Shown: positions 17,844-27,208, counted from the first letter of the stretch. The stretch: DNA of 64,000 bases from an uncultured Gammaproteobacteria bacterium (GCA_964422025.1 CAYQYZ010000001.1:77410-141409); one strand, 5' to 3'. Numbers and translations are program-made. The notes: generated by a model from the letters alone, not told the origin.

Positions 17844-18521
17844 ATGATATCTGTTGTTATTCTTGCTCCTAATCAAGATTCGATTTCAAAAAGAACTTCC
17901 GATTCACTTTCGTTCGCCGATGAAGTTATACATATTCCTGTCAGTGATGATTTTGCTCAGGCTCGAAATGAAGGAATGGAGAAGGCTGAATATGAATGGA
18001 TACTTTTTATCGATAGCGATGAGGAAGTATCCAAGGAACTTGCTGAGAATATTGGCAAATTAGACCTAAATCAAACCAAAATTGGTGCATTTTCTATTCC
18101 TCGTCGAGATTTTTTTTGGGGAACTGAATTGAAATATGGAGAAACAAATTCAGCACGAAATGAAGGAATTATTCGATTAGTAAAAAAGGGGAGTGGGAAA
18201 TGGGTGGGAAAGGTGCATGAGGTATTTAAAAGTCAGGTGACCACAGGAGTTTTGAGCGGCTTTATTAATCATTATCCTCATCAGACAATTGCAGCATTTT
18301 TAGAGTCGATCAATAATTACTCCACACTTCGTTCGCAGGAGCTAAAGGGTAAAGGAGTTCGCACGAACGTTTTCCAAATAATAATGTACCCTTTTGGTAA
18401 ATTTTGGTACACATATTTACTAAAATTGGGTTTTCTTGATGGTCCTGCCGGATTCGTATATAGCTTTATGATGAGCTTTCATTCATTTTTAGTTAGGTCT
18501 AAATTGTACTTAAAACAGTAA
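17844..18521 (+). CDS. Family-2 glycosyltransferase (small, WaaE/KdtX-like)
   Basis: VVILAPN..., FIDSDEEV (DxD) and C-terminal GFLDGPAGFVYSFMMSFHSF. Confidence 0.6.
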   Translation: MISVVILAPNQDSISKRTSDSLSFADEVIHIPVSDDFAQARNEGMEKAEYEWILFIDSDEEVSKELAENIGKLDLNQTKIGAFSIPRRDFFWGTELKYGETNSARNEGIIRLVKKGSGKWVGKVHEVFKSQVTTGVLSGFINHYPHQTIAAFLESINNYSTLRSQELKGKGVRTNVFQIIMYPFGKFWYTYLLKLGFLDGPAGFVYSFMMSFHSFLVRSKLYLKQ

Positions 18522-19648
18522 TGAAATTTTTGCTTCCGGCATTTTTTATTCTTCTATCGTTTGGGCAACTTGCACGCATTGAATTATTCTCTTCTGTCGC
18601 ATTTCTCTCTTATGAGATTGTGATGATGCTGGTGGTTGGACTCTTTCTACTCGGGAAGAGGAAGGATATTCGGTCGCATTTAACAAATAATATTGTAAAG
18701 GCTTTTGGAATATTCCTTGGAACTTTAGGTATCTCGTTCTTGGTGAGCCTACCGATTCACTCGGTGAGCGAGAATTTTGTTGCCTTTGCATACTTGGTAC
18801 GGATAATTTTATATGGTTTATTTTTCATTGCCGTTTTATCTGTCAAAAAGTTTGTTTTGGAGCGGGGACTGCAGCTATTTACTTTTGCGACTATTACTTT
18901 TTCACTAATACAATATGTTTTCGTACCGAATATTCAATTTCTAGCATCCCGAGGGTGGGATCCACATGTTGCACGAGTCGTTGGCACATTTCTGGACGCC
19001 ACTTCAGCGGGAATTATTCTTAGTCTTTTGTTCTTATACATTGTCCTCCGTCATCCTGAGTCCCTCGATTGGGGGCGAAGGATCTCCGCCTGGACACTTG
19101 CACTAATTTCTCTTTTTATTCTCATTCTCCTCACCTACTCCCGCATTACATATATCGGATTCATCATTGGACTCATGTATCTCTTTCTCAGAAAGTATAG
19201 AGTGAAATTCGTTTCGACTTTAATTGTACTTTTCCTTTTATGTATCCCTTTCCTGCCTCAAGTGCCCGGGGAGAGTACTAATCTGCAACGAACGTTCTCA
19301 ATAAACTCGAGATTGGCTGATATACAGCAAGGAATTAAAGTGTGGCAGCAAAATCCGCTTTTAGGAGTTGGGTTCAACCATATTCCGTCAGTAAAAGGAG
19401 CAAACACTGCGCGTGATCATAGTGATTCAGCATACAGCTCATCATTTGTCACCATTCTTGCAACTGCGGGATTGGAAGGGTTGGGCGCGTTCTTATATCT
19501 ATTGTGGAGTTTGTATCGCTATAGTTCGCTACTCGGAAAAACGCTAACAGTTCTCATGGTAGCAACATCTTTTGTGGAGAATGTGTTCTTGTTAAATGTA
19601 GTCTTAGCAGTATATCTCGTTTTAATTGCTCTCGAAGATAACCGTTAG
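18521..19648 (+). CDS. O-antigen ligase / Wzy_C family membrane protein
   Basis: About 10 TM helices, LTYSRITYIGFIIG and NPLLGVGFNHI motifs in a large loop, typical of the WaaL/PglL/Wzy_C family. Confidence 0.55.
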   Translation: MKFLLPAFFILLSFGQLARIELFSSVAFLSYEIVMMLVVGLFLLGKRKDIRSHLTNNIVKAFGIFLGTLGISFLVSLPIHSVSENFVAFAYLVRIILYGLFFIAVLSVKKFVLERGLQLFTFATITFSLIQYVFVPNIQFLASRGWDPHVARVVGTFLDATSAGIILSLLFLYIVLRHPESLDWGRRISAWTLALISLFILILLTYSRITYIGFIIGLMYLFLRKYRVKFVSTLIVLFLLCIPFLPQVPGESTNLQRTFSINSRLADIQQGIKVWQQNPLLGVGFNHIPSVKGANTARDHSDSAYSSSFVTILATAGLEGLGAFLYLLWSLYRYSSLLGKTLTVLMVATSFVENVFLLNVVLAVYLVLIALEDNR

Positions 19649-20320
19649 TTCTTGAGTTTTAACTGTTCCAGCACGGTTTGTAGCAGTTATTGTAATTTTA
19701 TTCTCACCTTCGCGAATTCGTACGGAAGCAGAAAACTTTCCTTCTGCATTTGTAATCGTAGGCGATCCATTCACACGTACCGAAACATCCGCATCTGTTG
19801 TCCCCGACACGGTGATTTCCGTTTGATTGGTTCGAGAGCCACTCGTGGGAGAATCAATCACGAGGTTGGGCTTTTCGTTCTGATACAGCACAGAGTACAT
19901 GTCGGATTTTTTAAAAATATTCTGCTTTTTAATACGCATTTCGACCAGTATCTCATTCAAGCCTTTCTGTAATAAAATATTAGTATCAAACGTATCACCA
20001 TCGACGGTTAACTCTTTTTGGTTCTCTCCATTTACAATAATTGCAAGTTCCGAACCATCTGAAGCTGTTCCATGAATCGCCAGTGTTGCGGAGTTTGTTG
20101 CATCGGGCAAAGACAATAATTCAGGAGCCAACACAAAATCTTGCTGGTTCGCTTGTGAATTTCCCCGAGATCCGCTCGTCATATTAGCAATAAAGAGGGA
20201 AGTATTAATGAGTAACTTAAAACCAACAGTTGCAAAGAAAATTACCAACAACACTGCAAAAACTATCACCGTCAGCAGTTGATTTTTCTTTTTTGTGCGC
20301 ATGGGTCTAATTTCTGTCAT
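19622..20320 (-). CDS. Membrane-anchored protein with two Ig-like (Big-type) domains
   Basis: TM segment after MRTKKK. Repeated ATLAIHGTASDGSELAIIVNG and TEITVSGTTDADVSVRVNG patterns. Start taken at ATG 20320 (alternative 20302); the ORF-track TTG start 20335 runs into tRNA-Thr. Confidence 0.45.
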   Translation of the reverse strand: MTEIRPMRTKKKNQLLTVIVFAVLLVIFFATVGFKLLINTSLFIANMTSGSRGNSQANQQDFVLAPELLSLPDATNSATLAIHGTASDGSELAIIVNGENQKELTVDGDTFDTNILLQKGLNEILVEMRIKKQNIFKKSDMYSVLYQNEKPNLVIDSPTSGSRTNQTEITVSGTTDADVSVRVNGSPTITNAEGKFSASVRIREGENKITITATNRAGTVKTQELTVIFESN

Positions 20321-20329
20321 AGGTAACAG

Positions 20330-20402
20330 AGCCAACGGTGGGAGTTGAACCCACGACCTCTGCTTTACGAAAGCATTGCTCTACCAACTGAGCTACGTTG
20401 GC
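20330..20402 (-). tRNA. tRNA-Thr (anticodon CGT), no encoded CCA
   Basis: Hand-folded: acceptor GCCAACG/CGTTGGC, D arm GCTC-AGTTGGTA-GAGC, anticodon loop TTCGTAA, T arm GTGGG-TTCAACT-CCCAC. Confidence 0.85.
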
Positions 20403-20473
20403 AACTCCGAGTAAATTATAACATGGTTCGAATCTACTTGCATTTAATCTCAAATGTACCGTACTATGATTGT

Positions 20474-21841
20474 ATGAATCCGGATAATTTGGAAAAAATG
20501 GTGAGCGCTCCGGCTCAAGTATTAGATAGCACGGTGCAAGCTTCCAAACAGTTTGCGCAAAAAGTAGGTGGCCAGCGTCCATTTAAAAGTGCCAATAAAT
20601 TTTGGAAGAACTTAGGACCGGGGTTAACTACCGGAGCCGCTGATGATGATCCTTCGGGAATTGCCACATACTCCCAGACAGGAGCGCAGTACGGTCTTGG
20701 ATTGCTGTGGCTTGCCGGATTTACGTTTCCGTTAATGGCAATTATTCAAGAAATGTGTGCTCGCTTAGGTATGGTTTCTGGCCGCGGACTCGCAGGAAAT
20801 ATTCGTAAGTACTACCCACGAAAAGTCTTATACCTTATTACGCTTCTTTTATTCATCGCAAATACAGTAAATATCGGAGCTAATTTAGGAGCCATGGCAA
20901 AAGCCAGTCAATTACTGTTCCCGAACATGTCATTCGTAGTGCTCATTATATTCTTCACGGTAATTAGTTTAGCCTTACAAATTTATAGCACATATGAAAA
21001 GTATGCAAAGTATTTGAAATATTTGGCGCTTATTTTAGTTTCTTACGTAATTTCAGGTTTTTTAGTAGGGCTTCCTTTAGTCGATCTTTTCAAGAATACC
21101 GTATTTCCTTCTATCGTGTTTAATCGCGAGCAAATTATCCTGATTTGTGCTATTTTAGGCACAACTATTTCGCCTTATCTTTTTTTCTGGCAAACAAGTC
21201 AGGAAGTTGAGGAGAGCATACTAGAAGGCAAAGTGAATTTACGTGATCGACAAGTTGTTACACGGCGCGATATTCGCAATATGCGTGTCGATGTATGGTC
21301 GGGAATGTTTATTTCAAACTTGGTAATGTATTTTATTATTGCAACGTGCGCCGCAACGCTCTTCGCCAATGGAATCACAACAATTGACTCAGCTGCCGAT
21401 GCTGCTGCAGCTCTTCGTCCTCTGGCCGGGGAATCAGCCTATCTGTTGTTTACCTTAGGAATTGTGGGAACCGGACTTTTGGCTGTACCAATCCTCGCAG
21501 GATCCTCTTCGTACGCAATTTCTGAAAGTTTTGGCTGGAAATTTGGTCTGCACAAAAAGCTCAAGCGAGCATCTGCCTTTTATGGAGCAATTATGATTTC
21601 TATGCTTATTGGACTTGCAATGAATTTTGGAGGAATTGACCCTATAAAAGCGCTTATTTATTCCGCTGTGTTAAACGGCCTTATTGCACCGTTTATTATT
21701 GTTTTTATTGTTCTTCTTAGTAGCAACGAAAAAATTATGGGAGATTACAAGAACAACAGACTTACTACGTTCATAGGGTGGTTTGTTGCAGGAATCATGC
21801 TTTTGGCCGGAGCAGCAACAATCTGGGCACTGTTTTGGTAA
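20474..21841 (+). CDS. mntH: NRAMP family divalent metal transporter
   Basis: DDDPSGIATYSQTGAQYG motif and about 11 TM helices. Start moved to ATG 20474 because the ORF-track start 20345 overlaps tRNA-Thr. Confidence 0.8.
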   Translation: MNPDNLEKMVSAPAQVLDSTVQASKQFAQKVGGQRPFKSANKFWKNLGPGLTTGAADDDPSGIATYSQTGAQYGLGLLWLAGFTFPLMAIIQEMCARLGMVSGRGLAGNIRKYYPRKVLYLITLLLFIANTVNIGANLGAMAKASQLLFPNMSFVVLIIFFTVISLALQIYSTYEKYAKYLKYLALILVSYVISGFLVGLPLVDLFKNTVFPSIVFNREQIILICAILGTTISPYLFFWQTSQEVEESILEGKVNLRDRQVVTRRDIRNMRVDVWSGMFISNLVMYFIIATCAATLFANGITTIDSAADAAAALRPLAGESAYLLFTLGIVGTGLLAVPILAGSSSYAISESFGWKFGLHKKLKRASAFYGAIMISMLIGLAMNFGGIDPIKALIYSAVLNGLIAPFIIVFIVLLSSNEKIMGDYKNNRLTTFIGWFVAGIMLLAGAATIWALFW

Positions 21842-21851
21842 CAAATAAAGG

Positions 21852-22292
21852 CTATTTGTTATAATCTTTTATTTGAGAATAGAGTGGGCTGTTAAAAAAA
21901 TCTCGTAATCGATCACGGTGATCAAATGCGAAAGGTATGCCTTCATTGTCAATATCTTCAGGACCAACAAAAATTAATCCACCAATTTCATCTGTCTTGA
22001 CAGGCATATCTAAAGTTGGTTTGTTATTAACTGTACCGAAATAATATGTAACATTACATTTATCGTCTGGATCTATAGAATATTCCATAACAGCAGCTTC
22101 CTTTATAGGAGTAAATTTAACTCCAGGTAATTCTTCGCCGATTTCTCGTTCAATTGCATCGGGCAGTAGCTCTCCTATATCGGCTTTTCCACCGAGAAGT
22201 GAGTATCCTCCAATATCTAGACCTCTGACTCGTTCTCCCATTAATACCTGTCCGTTTTCATTAACAATTATAGCTCGTACGACTTCTTTCAT
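21852..22292 (-). CDS. Nudix hydrolase
   Basis: Nudix box GGKADIGELLPDAIEREIGEELPG. Confidence 0.8.
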   Translation of the reverse strand: MKEVVRAIIVNENGQVLMGERVRGLDIGGYSLLGGKADIGELLPDAIEREIGEELPGVKFTPIKEAAVMEYSIDPDDKCNVTYYFGTVNNKPTLDMPVKTDEIGGLIFVGPEDIDNEGIPFAFDHRDRLRDFFNSPLYSQIKDYNK

Positions 22293-22327
22293 GAAAGAAT
22301 TATCTCATATAAAAATAAAAATTTGCT

Positions 22328-23026
22328 TCAGTTCATGCCAACCACTACAATCATAGCTTGCACAGGATCAGATTGATCTTTTCTATGTGAGAAGTAGATA
22401 TCCGATTGGCAATAAGTACAAACATCACTAGTTTCGATGTTTAATGCTTGAACTCCTAAATTTGTCAATTGATTTTGAGCGACTTTTTTCAGATCAAGAA
22501 ATATTTTGGAATCTCTTTCGATGACTACATCAGAGTATTGAGAGAATTTTTCAGCGACATCTTTGCTTACTTCATAATGACACGGGCCAATTGCCGGACC
22601 GATACCAACAAGGAGTTCGGCAGCGTTTACTCCGTATGTTTCTGTGAGGGTAGTAAGGGCTTTGTCAATAATTCTATTTTCCAATCCTCTCCACCCGGCG
22701 TGTAATAAGCACAGAATGCTCTTCTTCGAGTCATATAGAGTTATGGGCAAGCAATCAGCAACTGTAATAGAGAGATATACGCCTTTTTCGGATGTAATTA
22801 GCCCATCAACGTGAGGCACGATTTGTCCTTTATCAGCCGCAGAAACAATTTTAATATTATTTCCATGTTCCAATTCAGCACCCACAACGCTCTGTGGATT
22901 TACGGAGTGTTTTTCAAGGAAGGCATTTCTATTCTGAGTAATCTCATCGCTTTCCAACTGATTGCCTGGTAGCTTCATGCTCCCATCGATTCGCAAAGAG
23001 ATTGCTGAGAAAATTTGTGACATCAT
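22328..23026 (-). CDS. YfiH/PgeF (DUF152) family protein
   Basis: HAGWRG motif, VADCLPI and CTYC near the C-terminus. Start at ATG 23026 or 23023; the ORF-track start 23059 lies inside tRNA-Gly. Confidence 0.7.
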   Translation of the reverse strand: MMSQIFSAISLRIDGSMKLPGNQLESDEITQNRNAFLEKHSVNPQSVVGAELEHGNNIKIVSAADKGQIVPHVDGLITSEKGVYLSITVADCLPITLYDSKKSILCLLHAGWRGLENRIIDKALTTLTETYGVNAAELLVGIGPAIGPCHYEVSKDVAEKFSQYSDVVIERDSKIFLDLKKVAQNQLTNLGVQALNIETSDVCTYCQSDIYFSHRKDQSDPVQAMIVVVGMN

Positions 23027-23027
23027 G

Positions 23028-23098
23028 AGCGGGATACGAGAATCGAACTCGCATCTCATCCTTGGGAAGGATGCATACTACCACTGTACTAATCCCGC
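23028..23098 (-). tRNA. tRNA-Gly (anticodon CCC), no encoded CCA
   Basis: Hand-folded: acceptor GCGGGAT/ATCCCGC, anticodon arm CATCC-TTCCCAA-GGATG, T arm GCGAG-TTCGATT-CTCGT. Confidence 0.85.
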
Positions 23099-23124
23099 GT
23101 TAGCACAATTATACCAGTTTACGA

Positions 23125-23670
23125 CTATTTCCCTGGTAATATTAGTAGGTCTCCTGCGTAAATTAAATTAGGATTTGACAGTCTGTTTGTTTTTGCAATT
23201 TCAGGCCACCGGTAGCCGTCGCCATACGCTCGAACTGAAATATCCCACAACGTATCGCCATCTTTTATCGTGTAATTTGCCTCATTGAGCGTAACTTGTG
23301 TCGTTCGTATACTCGATACACTTCCATGTTGCTCCATAATAGGCGAGACTTCTGGAATAGTCAATTTTGTTCCAACTTCGATTTGGTTGGGATCGGCTAT
23401 ATTGTTCGCTTTTGCAATATCAGGCGCGTTGTATCCGGACCCAATTTCTTTTTCCGCAATACTCCATAGTGTTTCACCAGCAACTACAGTGTGAGTTACT
23501 TTTTGTTCCTGCTGTTCGGTCATAGCGGCTTCTTGCTGCTTTACCTTATTTAGTTGATTTGTTACCAGTTTATAGGAAACACCCAACCCAATTAGGAAAA
23601 CAAGAAGGCCAACTACAATCGATTGATAATTATTCATCGCAATTTCTCGTGGTGTAATTTTTTTTGCCAT
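23125..23670 (-). CDS. Membrane-anchored protein with two LysM domains
   Basis: TM segment, then two LysM repeats (HTVVAGETLWSIAEK...GTKLTIP and YTIKDGDTLWDISVR...GDLLILP). Confidence 0.85.
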   Translation of the reverse strand: MAKKITPREIAMNNYQSIVVGLLVFLIGLGVSYKLVTNQLNKVKQQEAAMTEQQEQKVTHTVVAGETLWSIAEKEIGSGYNAPDIAKANNIADPNQIEVGTKLTIPEVSPIMEQHGSVSSIRTTQVTLNEANYTIKDGDTLWDISVRAYGDGYRWPEIAKTNRLSNPNLIYAGDLLILPGK

Positions 23671-23758
23671 AGTTACAACTCTTTAATTTTTGTCATTATA
23701 GATCTGTTATAAGACAAAATACAATATGATGAAGTGGAACGAAGTGATACAGAGATTG

Positions 23759-23832
23759 CGCGACTGACCGGACTCGAACCGGCGACCTTCCGCGTGACAG
23801 GCGGACGCTCTAACCAACTGAGCTACAATCGC
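23759..23832 (-). tRNA. tRNA-Asp (anticodon GTC), no encoded CCA
   Basis: Hand-folded: acceptor GCGATTG/CAGTCGC, D arm GCTC-AGTTGGTTA-GAGC, anticodon arm TCCGC-CTGTCAC-GCGGA, T loop TTCGAGT. Confidence 0.88.
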
Positions 23833-23837
23833 TTTCT

Positions 23838-23905
23838 GCTACTGTCCGATGATATCGGACGCTCTAACCATCCGCCGGCTGGCGGAGAGCTACAATCGCA
23901 GTAGC
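23838..23905 (-). other. Scrambled partial copy of the tRNA-Asp 5' half, flanked by a 7-bp inverted repeat
   Basis: The minus strand reads GCTACTG-CGATTGTAGCTC-[TCCGCCAGCCGGCGGA]-TGGTTAGAGCGTCC-GATATCATCGGAC-AGTAGC. Two blocks are identical to tRNA-Asp positions 2-13 and about 19-32. Confidence 0.6.
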
Positions 23906-23942
23906 TAAATTATACCATTTTTTATTCCAGTATAATAGAATA

Positions 23943-25715
23943 ATGCGTCCTTCCAACAAACAAATTGCCCACATCCTACGGTCCGTTGCTGCAGTATATG
24001 AATTAAAAGGTGCGAATCGATTTCGGATTATTGCATACGAGAATGCAGCTGATGCTATTGAAAACTTGAATAGGGAATTGGCTGATATTTGGGAAAATAA
24101 GGAACTTACTAAAATTTCGGGAATTGGATCATCTATGAGCGAGCGGTTAAATGAATTTTTCGAGAAAGGTGACGCTTCATATTTAGTTAAAACTATGCAT
24201 GAGCTTCCGGCTCCAATATTTGAACTTATGCAGGTTCCCGGACTTGGAGTGAAAAAAGCATTTAAATTAGTCACAAATTTGAAGCTTGAAGATTCGAAAG
24301 ATATCTTTAAAGATCTTGTTGCTAAGGCCAAAGAGGGTGCAATTGCTCCTTTAGAGTCGTTTGGAGAAAAATCACAATCAGAAATTATTGCAGCTGTGGA
24401 GCTATATGAAAAATCAAAAGGTAACGCAGATCGCATGCCGCTTCCAGTAGCTCATGATTTGGCTATGCAAGTAATTGAATATATAAAAAAACATCCTCAT
24501 GTGGGCGAAGTTGAGGCATTGGGTTCATTGCGTCGTTGGGTAAGTACGATTGGTGATATTGATTTAGTTGCTATTGCTACAGAGGAGCATTTTAGTTCGG
24601 TTATTGAGCATTTTGTGAAATTTCCCGGGGCGGCAAAAATTGAGGCGCAAGGCGATAATAAGGCATCGATAATTTTAGCAAATGGGCGACGAATTGATTT
24701 ACGAGTAGTTGAAAAGGGTGTTTACGGCTCGATGATTCAGTATTTCACGGGCAGCAAAGCACATAATATTAAATTGCGGGAACTTGCTTTAAAAAAAGGG
24801 TATTCAATTTCTGAATATGGAATTGGCGACAAAAGCGAAAAAGGAACGACGGGGCGCTCAAGAACATTTGCTTCTGAAAAAGACTTTTATGAATTCCTAG
24901 GTGTTGATTGGATTCCCCCCGAAATACGCGAAGGAACGAGTGAAGTTGATGTTGCGATCAAGCATGAGATCCCGGATCTTGTGCAAGTTGGCGATATAAA
25001 AGGGGACTTTCATATGCATTCGAATTACGATCTGAACACGTCTCACGATTTGGGCAGTGGGAGCGTAATCGAAATGGCCCAAAAAGCCTATTCCCTGGGC
25101 TACGAGTACATTGCTATTTCCGATCATAATCCGGCACAAAATGTTGCTAAAGACAAAGTGATCGAAATTATGAAGAAACGATATGAGTTCATAAAATCAC
25201 AAAAGACTGCAGTGCCGTGTTTTGTCTCGCTTGAGATCGATATTACACCGAGTGGGGAGCTCGCACTTCCTGATGAAGCGTTTGAGTATTTGGATATGTG
25301 TGTAGTCTCCTTACACAGCTCTTTTAGACAATCCAGAGCCGATATGACCAAGCGTGTTCTAAAAGCTCTTTCACACGAAAAAGTAAAAATATTCGGACAT
25401 CCAACAGGCCGGCAGTTAGGCAAACGTCCAGAAGTAGATGTTGATTGGACGACTGTATTTGAGTTTTGCAAAGAAAAAAATATTGCATTAGAAATTAATA
25501 GCTGGCCAGAACGGTTGGATCTTCCGGACATACTGGTGCGCGAAGCAAAGGAGATTGGTTGTAAATTTACCATCGACACCGATGCTCACGCGGTCATGCA
25601 AATGGACAATATGTTTTATGGCGTTTCGGTTGCCCGTCGCGGATGGCTTGACAAGGATGATATAATTAATACGCAGAGTTTGAAAAAGGTTTCCGAATGG
25701 ATTGAAGGCAAATAA
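23943..25715 (+). CDS. polX: DNA polymerase X family protein with C-terminal PHP domain
   Basis: HhH region, GSLRRWVSTIGDIDLV (pol beta-like nucleotidyltransferase) and the PHP motif FHMHSNYD...AISDHN. Confidence 0.85.
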   Translation: MRPSNKQIAHILRSVAAVYELKGANRFRIIAYENAADAIENLNRELADIWENKELTKISGIGSSMSERLNEFFEKGDASYLVKTMHELPAPIFELMQVPGLGVKKAFKLVTNLKLEDSKDIFKDLVAKAKEGAIAPLESFGEKSQSEIIAAVELYEKSKGNADRMPLPVAHDLAMQVIEYIKKHPHVGEVEALGSLRRWVSTIGDIDLVAIATEEHFSSVIEHFVKFPGAAKIEAQGDNKASIILANGRRIDLRVVEKGVYGSMIQYFTGSKAHNIKLRELALKKGYSISEYGIGDKSEKGTTGRSRTFASEKDFYEFLGVDWIPPEIREGTSEVDVAIKHEIPDLVQVGDIKGDFHMHSNYDLNTSHDLGSGSVIEMAQKAYSLGYEYIAISDHNPAQNVAKDKVIEIMKKRYEFIKSQKTAVPCFVSLEIDITPSGELALPDEAFEYLDMCVVSLHSSFRQSRADMTKRVLKALSHEKVKIFGHPTGRQLGKRPEVDVDWTTVFEFCKEKNIALEINSWPERLDLPDILVREAKEIGCKFTIDTDAHAVMQMDNMFYGVSVARRGWLDKDDIINTQSLKKVSEWIEGK

Positions 25716-25738
25716 TTTTATAAATTTCAAATAAAAAT

Positions 25739-26293
25739 ATGAATATAACCATGATTTTGATTGTCGTATTGGTTTTGTTTGTTGGGTATGTTTTTGCAAC
25801 ATACAACGGTCTTGTTACGCTTAGAAACCGCATTAAAGAAGCATTTTCACAAATCGATGTGCAGCTGAAACGCCGCATTGATTTGATTCCAAATCTTGTC
25901 GAAACGGTCAAAGGCTACGCAAAACACGAGAAGACAGTCTTTGAAAATGTAACGAAAGCTCGAAGTGCTTTAATGGGAGCAACAACAAATCAGGCAAAAT
26001 CTAGTGCGGATAATATGCTTACCGACGCATTAAAGAGTCTTTTTGCTGTTGCAGAAGCGTATCCAGATCTTAAGGCTTCTGAGAATTTTTCTCAATTACA
26101 ACGTCAGCTTGAAGATACAGAAGATAAAATTGCTTATTCACGACAGTTTTATAACAGCAATGTTCTTGACTACAACAACAAGGTTCAAACACTTCCAAGC
26201 AGCGTAATAGCTAATATGTTTGGATTTAAAGAAGAAGCATTCTTTGAAGCAACCGAAGCTGAAAGAAAGAATGTAAATGTTATGTTCGATTAA
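25739..26293 (+). CDS. lemA: LemA family protein
   Basis: N-terminal TM segment plus [43 protein letters not shown]. Confidence 0.85.
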   Translation: MNITMILIVVLVLFVGYVFATYNGLVTLRNRIKEAFSQIDVQLKRRIDLIPNLVETVKGYAKHEKTVFENVTKARSALMGATTNQAKSSADNMLTDALKSLFAVAEAYPDLKASENFSQLQRQLEDTEDKIAYSRQFYNSNVLDYNNKVQTLPSSVIANMFGFKEEAFFEATEAERKNVNVMFD

Positions 26294-26307
26294 CTCACTA
26301 CGCTCAT

Positions 26308-27207
26308 ATGACGACACATAGCCAAGTTGCTGGTAATAAAGCGAAAACATATTTAATTATGTTTTTCTTCGTGGCGTTTGTGTCATTTTTCTTTTACTTA
26401 ATCGGGAAGTATATGGGTGATTCGTCGTTTTATTTGGGATTCGGCCTCATATTTTCACTCGTTTCATCAGTGGGGAGTTATTTCTACTCAGATAAAATTG
26501 TATTAGCCATGAGTGGCGCTAAACTTGCTGATAAGAAAACATATTTTGATTTTTATACTGTTACCCAAAACATGGCAATTGCTGCGGGTGTGCCCATGCC
26601 TCGAGTATTTGTTATTGAAGACGATGCAATGAATGCCTTTGCAACAGGCCGCGACCCACAACATGCTGTTGTAGTGGCTACAACTGGAATTTTAAGCAAA
26701 TTAAATCGAACAGAACTTGAAGGAGTCATTGCCCATGAACTTTCACACGTAAAGAATTACGATATTCGACTTATGGCAATCGTAGCAGTACTTGTCGGAA
26801 CAGTTGTTTTTGTAGCTGATTGGATAACCAGGAGTTTTATGTGGGGTGGTATACGTGATTCAGACGATGATTCAGCGACTGGGAAAGCAAGTTTCATTTT
26901 ATTTATAATTTTTCTTTTTATTACACCTGTTATTGCCACGCTTATTCAACTTGCCGTGTCACGACGTAGAGAGTACTTGGCCGATGCTTCAGGAGCGTTG
27001 CTAAATCGTAATCCCGACGCTCTAGCCGACGCGCTATTGAAAATCTCGGGCGACAGCAAAATCCTCTCTAAAGCTTCTAATGCAACTGCTCATTTATTTA
27101 TAGAAAATCCATTTAAGAAGGATGTGAAAAAGACCAGTTTTGTGGCCGGTCTGTTTAGCACGCACCCACCGGTTGATGAACGAATTCGACTATTAAGAGA
27201 GATGTAA
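26308..27207 (+). CDS. htpX: M48 family zinc protease HtpX
   Basis: HELSHVKNYD zinc motif, four TM helices, and FSTHPPVDERI at the C-terminus. Confidence 0.88.
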   Translation: MTTHSQVAGNKAKTYLIMFFFVAFVSFFFYLIGKYMGDSSFYLGFGLIFSLVSSVGSYFYSDKIVLAMSGAKLADKKTYFDFYTVTQNMAIAAGVPMPRVFVIEDDAMNAFATGRDPQHAVVVATTGILSKLNRTELEGVIAHELSHVKNYDIRLMAIVAVLVGTVVFVADWITRSFMWGGIRDSDDDSATGKASFILFIIFLFITPVIATLIQLAVSRRREYLADASGALLNRNPDALADALLKISGDSKILSKASNATAHLFIENPFKKDVKKTSFVAGLFSTHPPVDERIRLLREM

Positions 27208-27208
27208 T

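Noticed and set aside
20345-20473. N-terminal extension of the NRAMP ORF. Similar cases: 22328..23059 into tRNA-Gly, 19622..20335 into tRNA-Thr, 2005..2238 into ftsZ, 35108..35173 before atpE, and 38522..38560 before atpD.
   Set aside because: The extensions overlap tRNA genes or upstream CDSs and are not part of the conserved protein. Internal ATGs with matching homologue N-termini were used instead.
23864-24436. 190-aa minus-strand ORF
   Set aside because: It is antisense to the well-supported polX N-terminus, has a Ser-rich low-complexity composition, and its C-terminal end runs through the tRNA-Asp-like fragment. Spurious.
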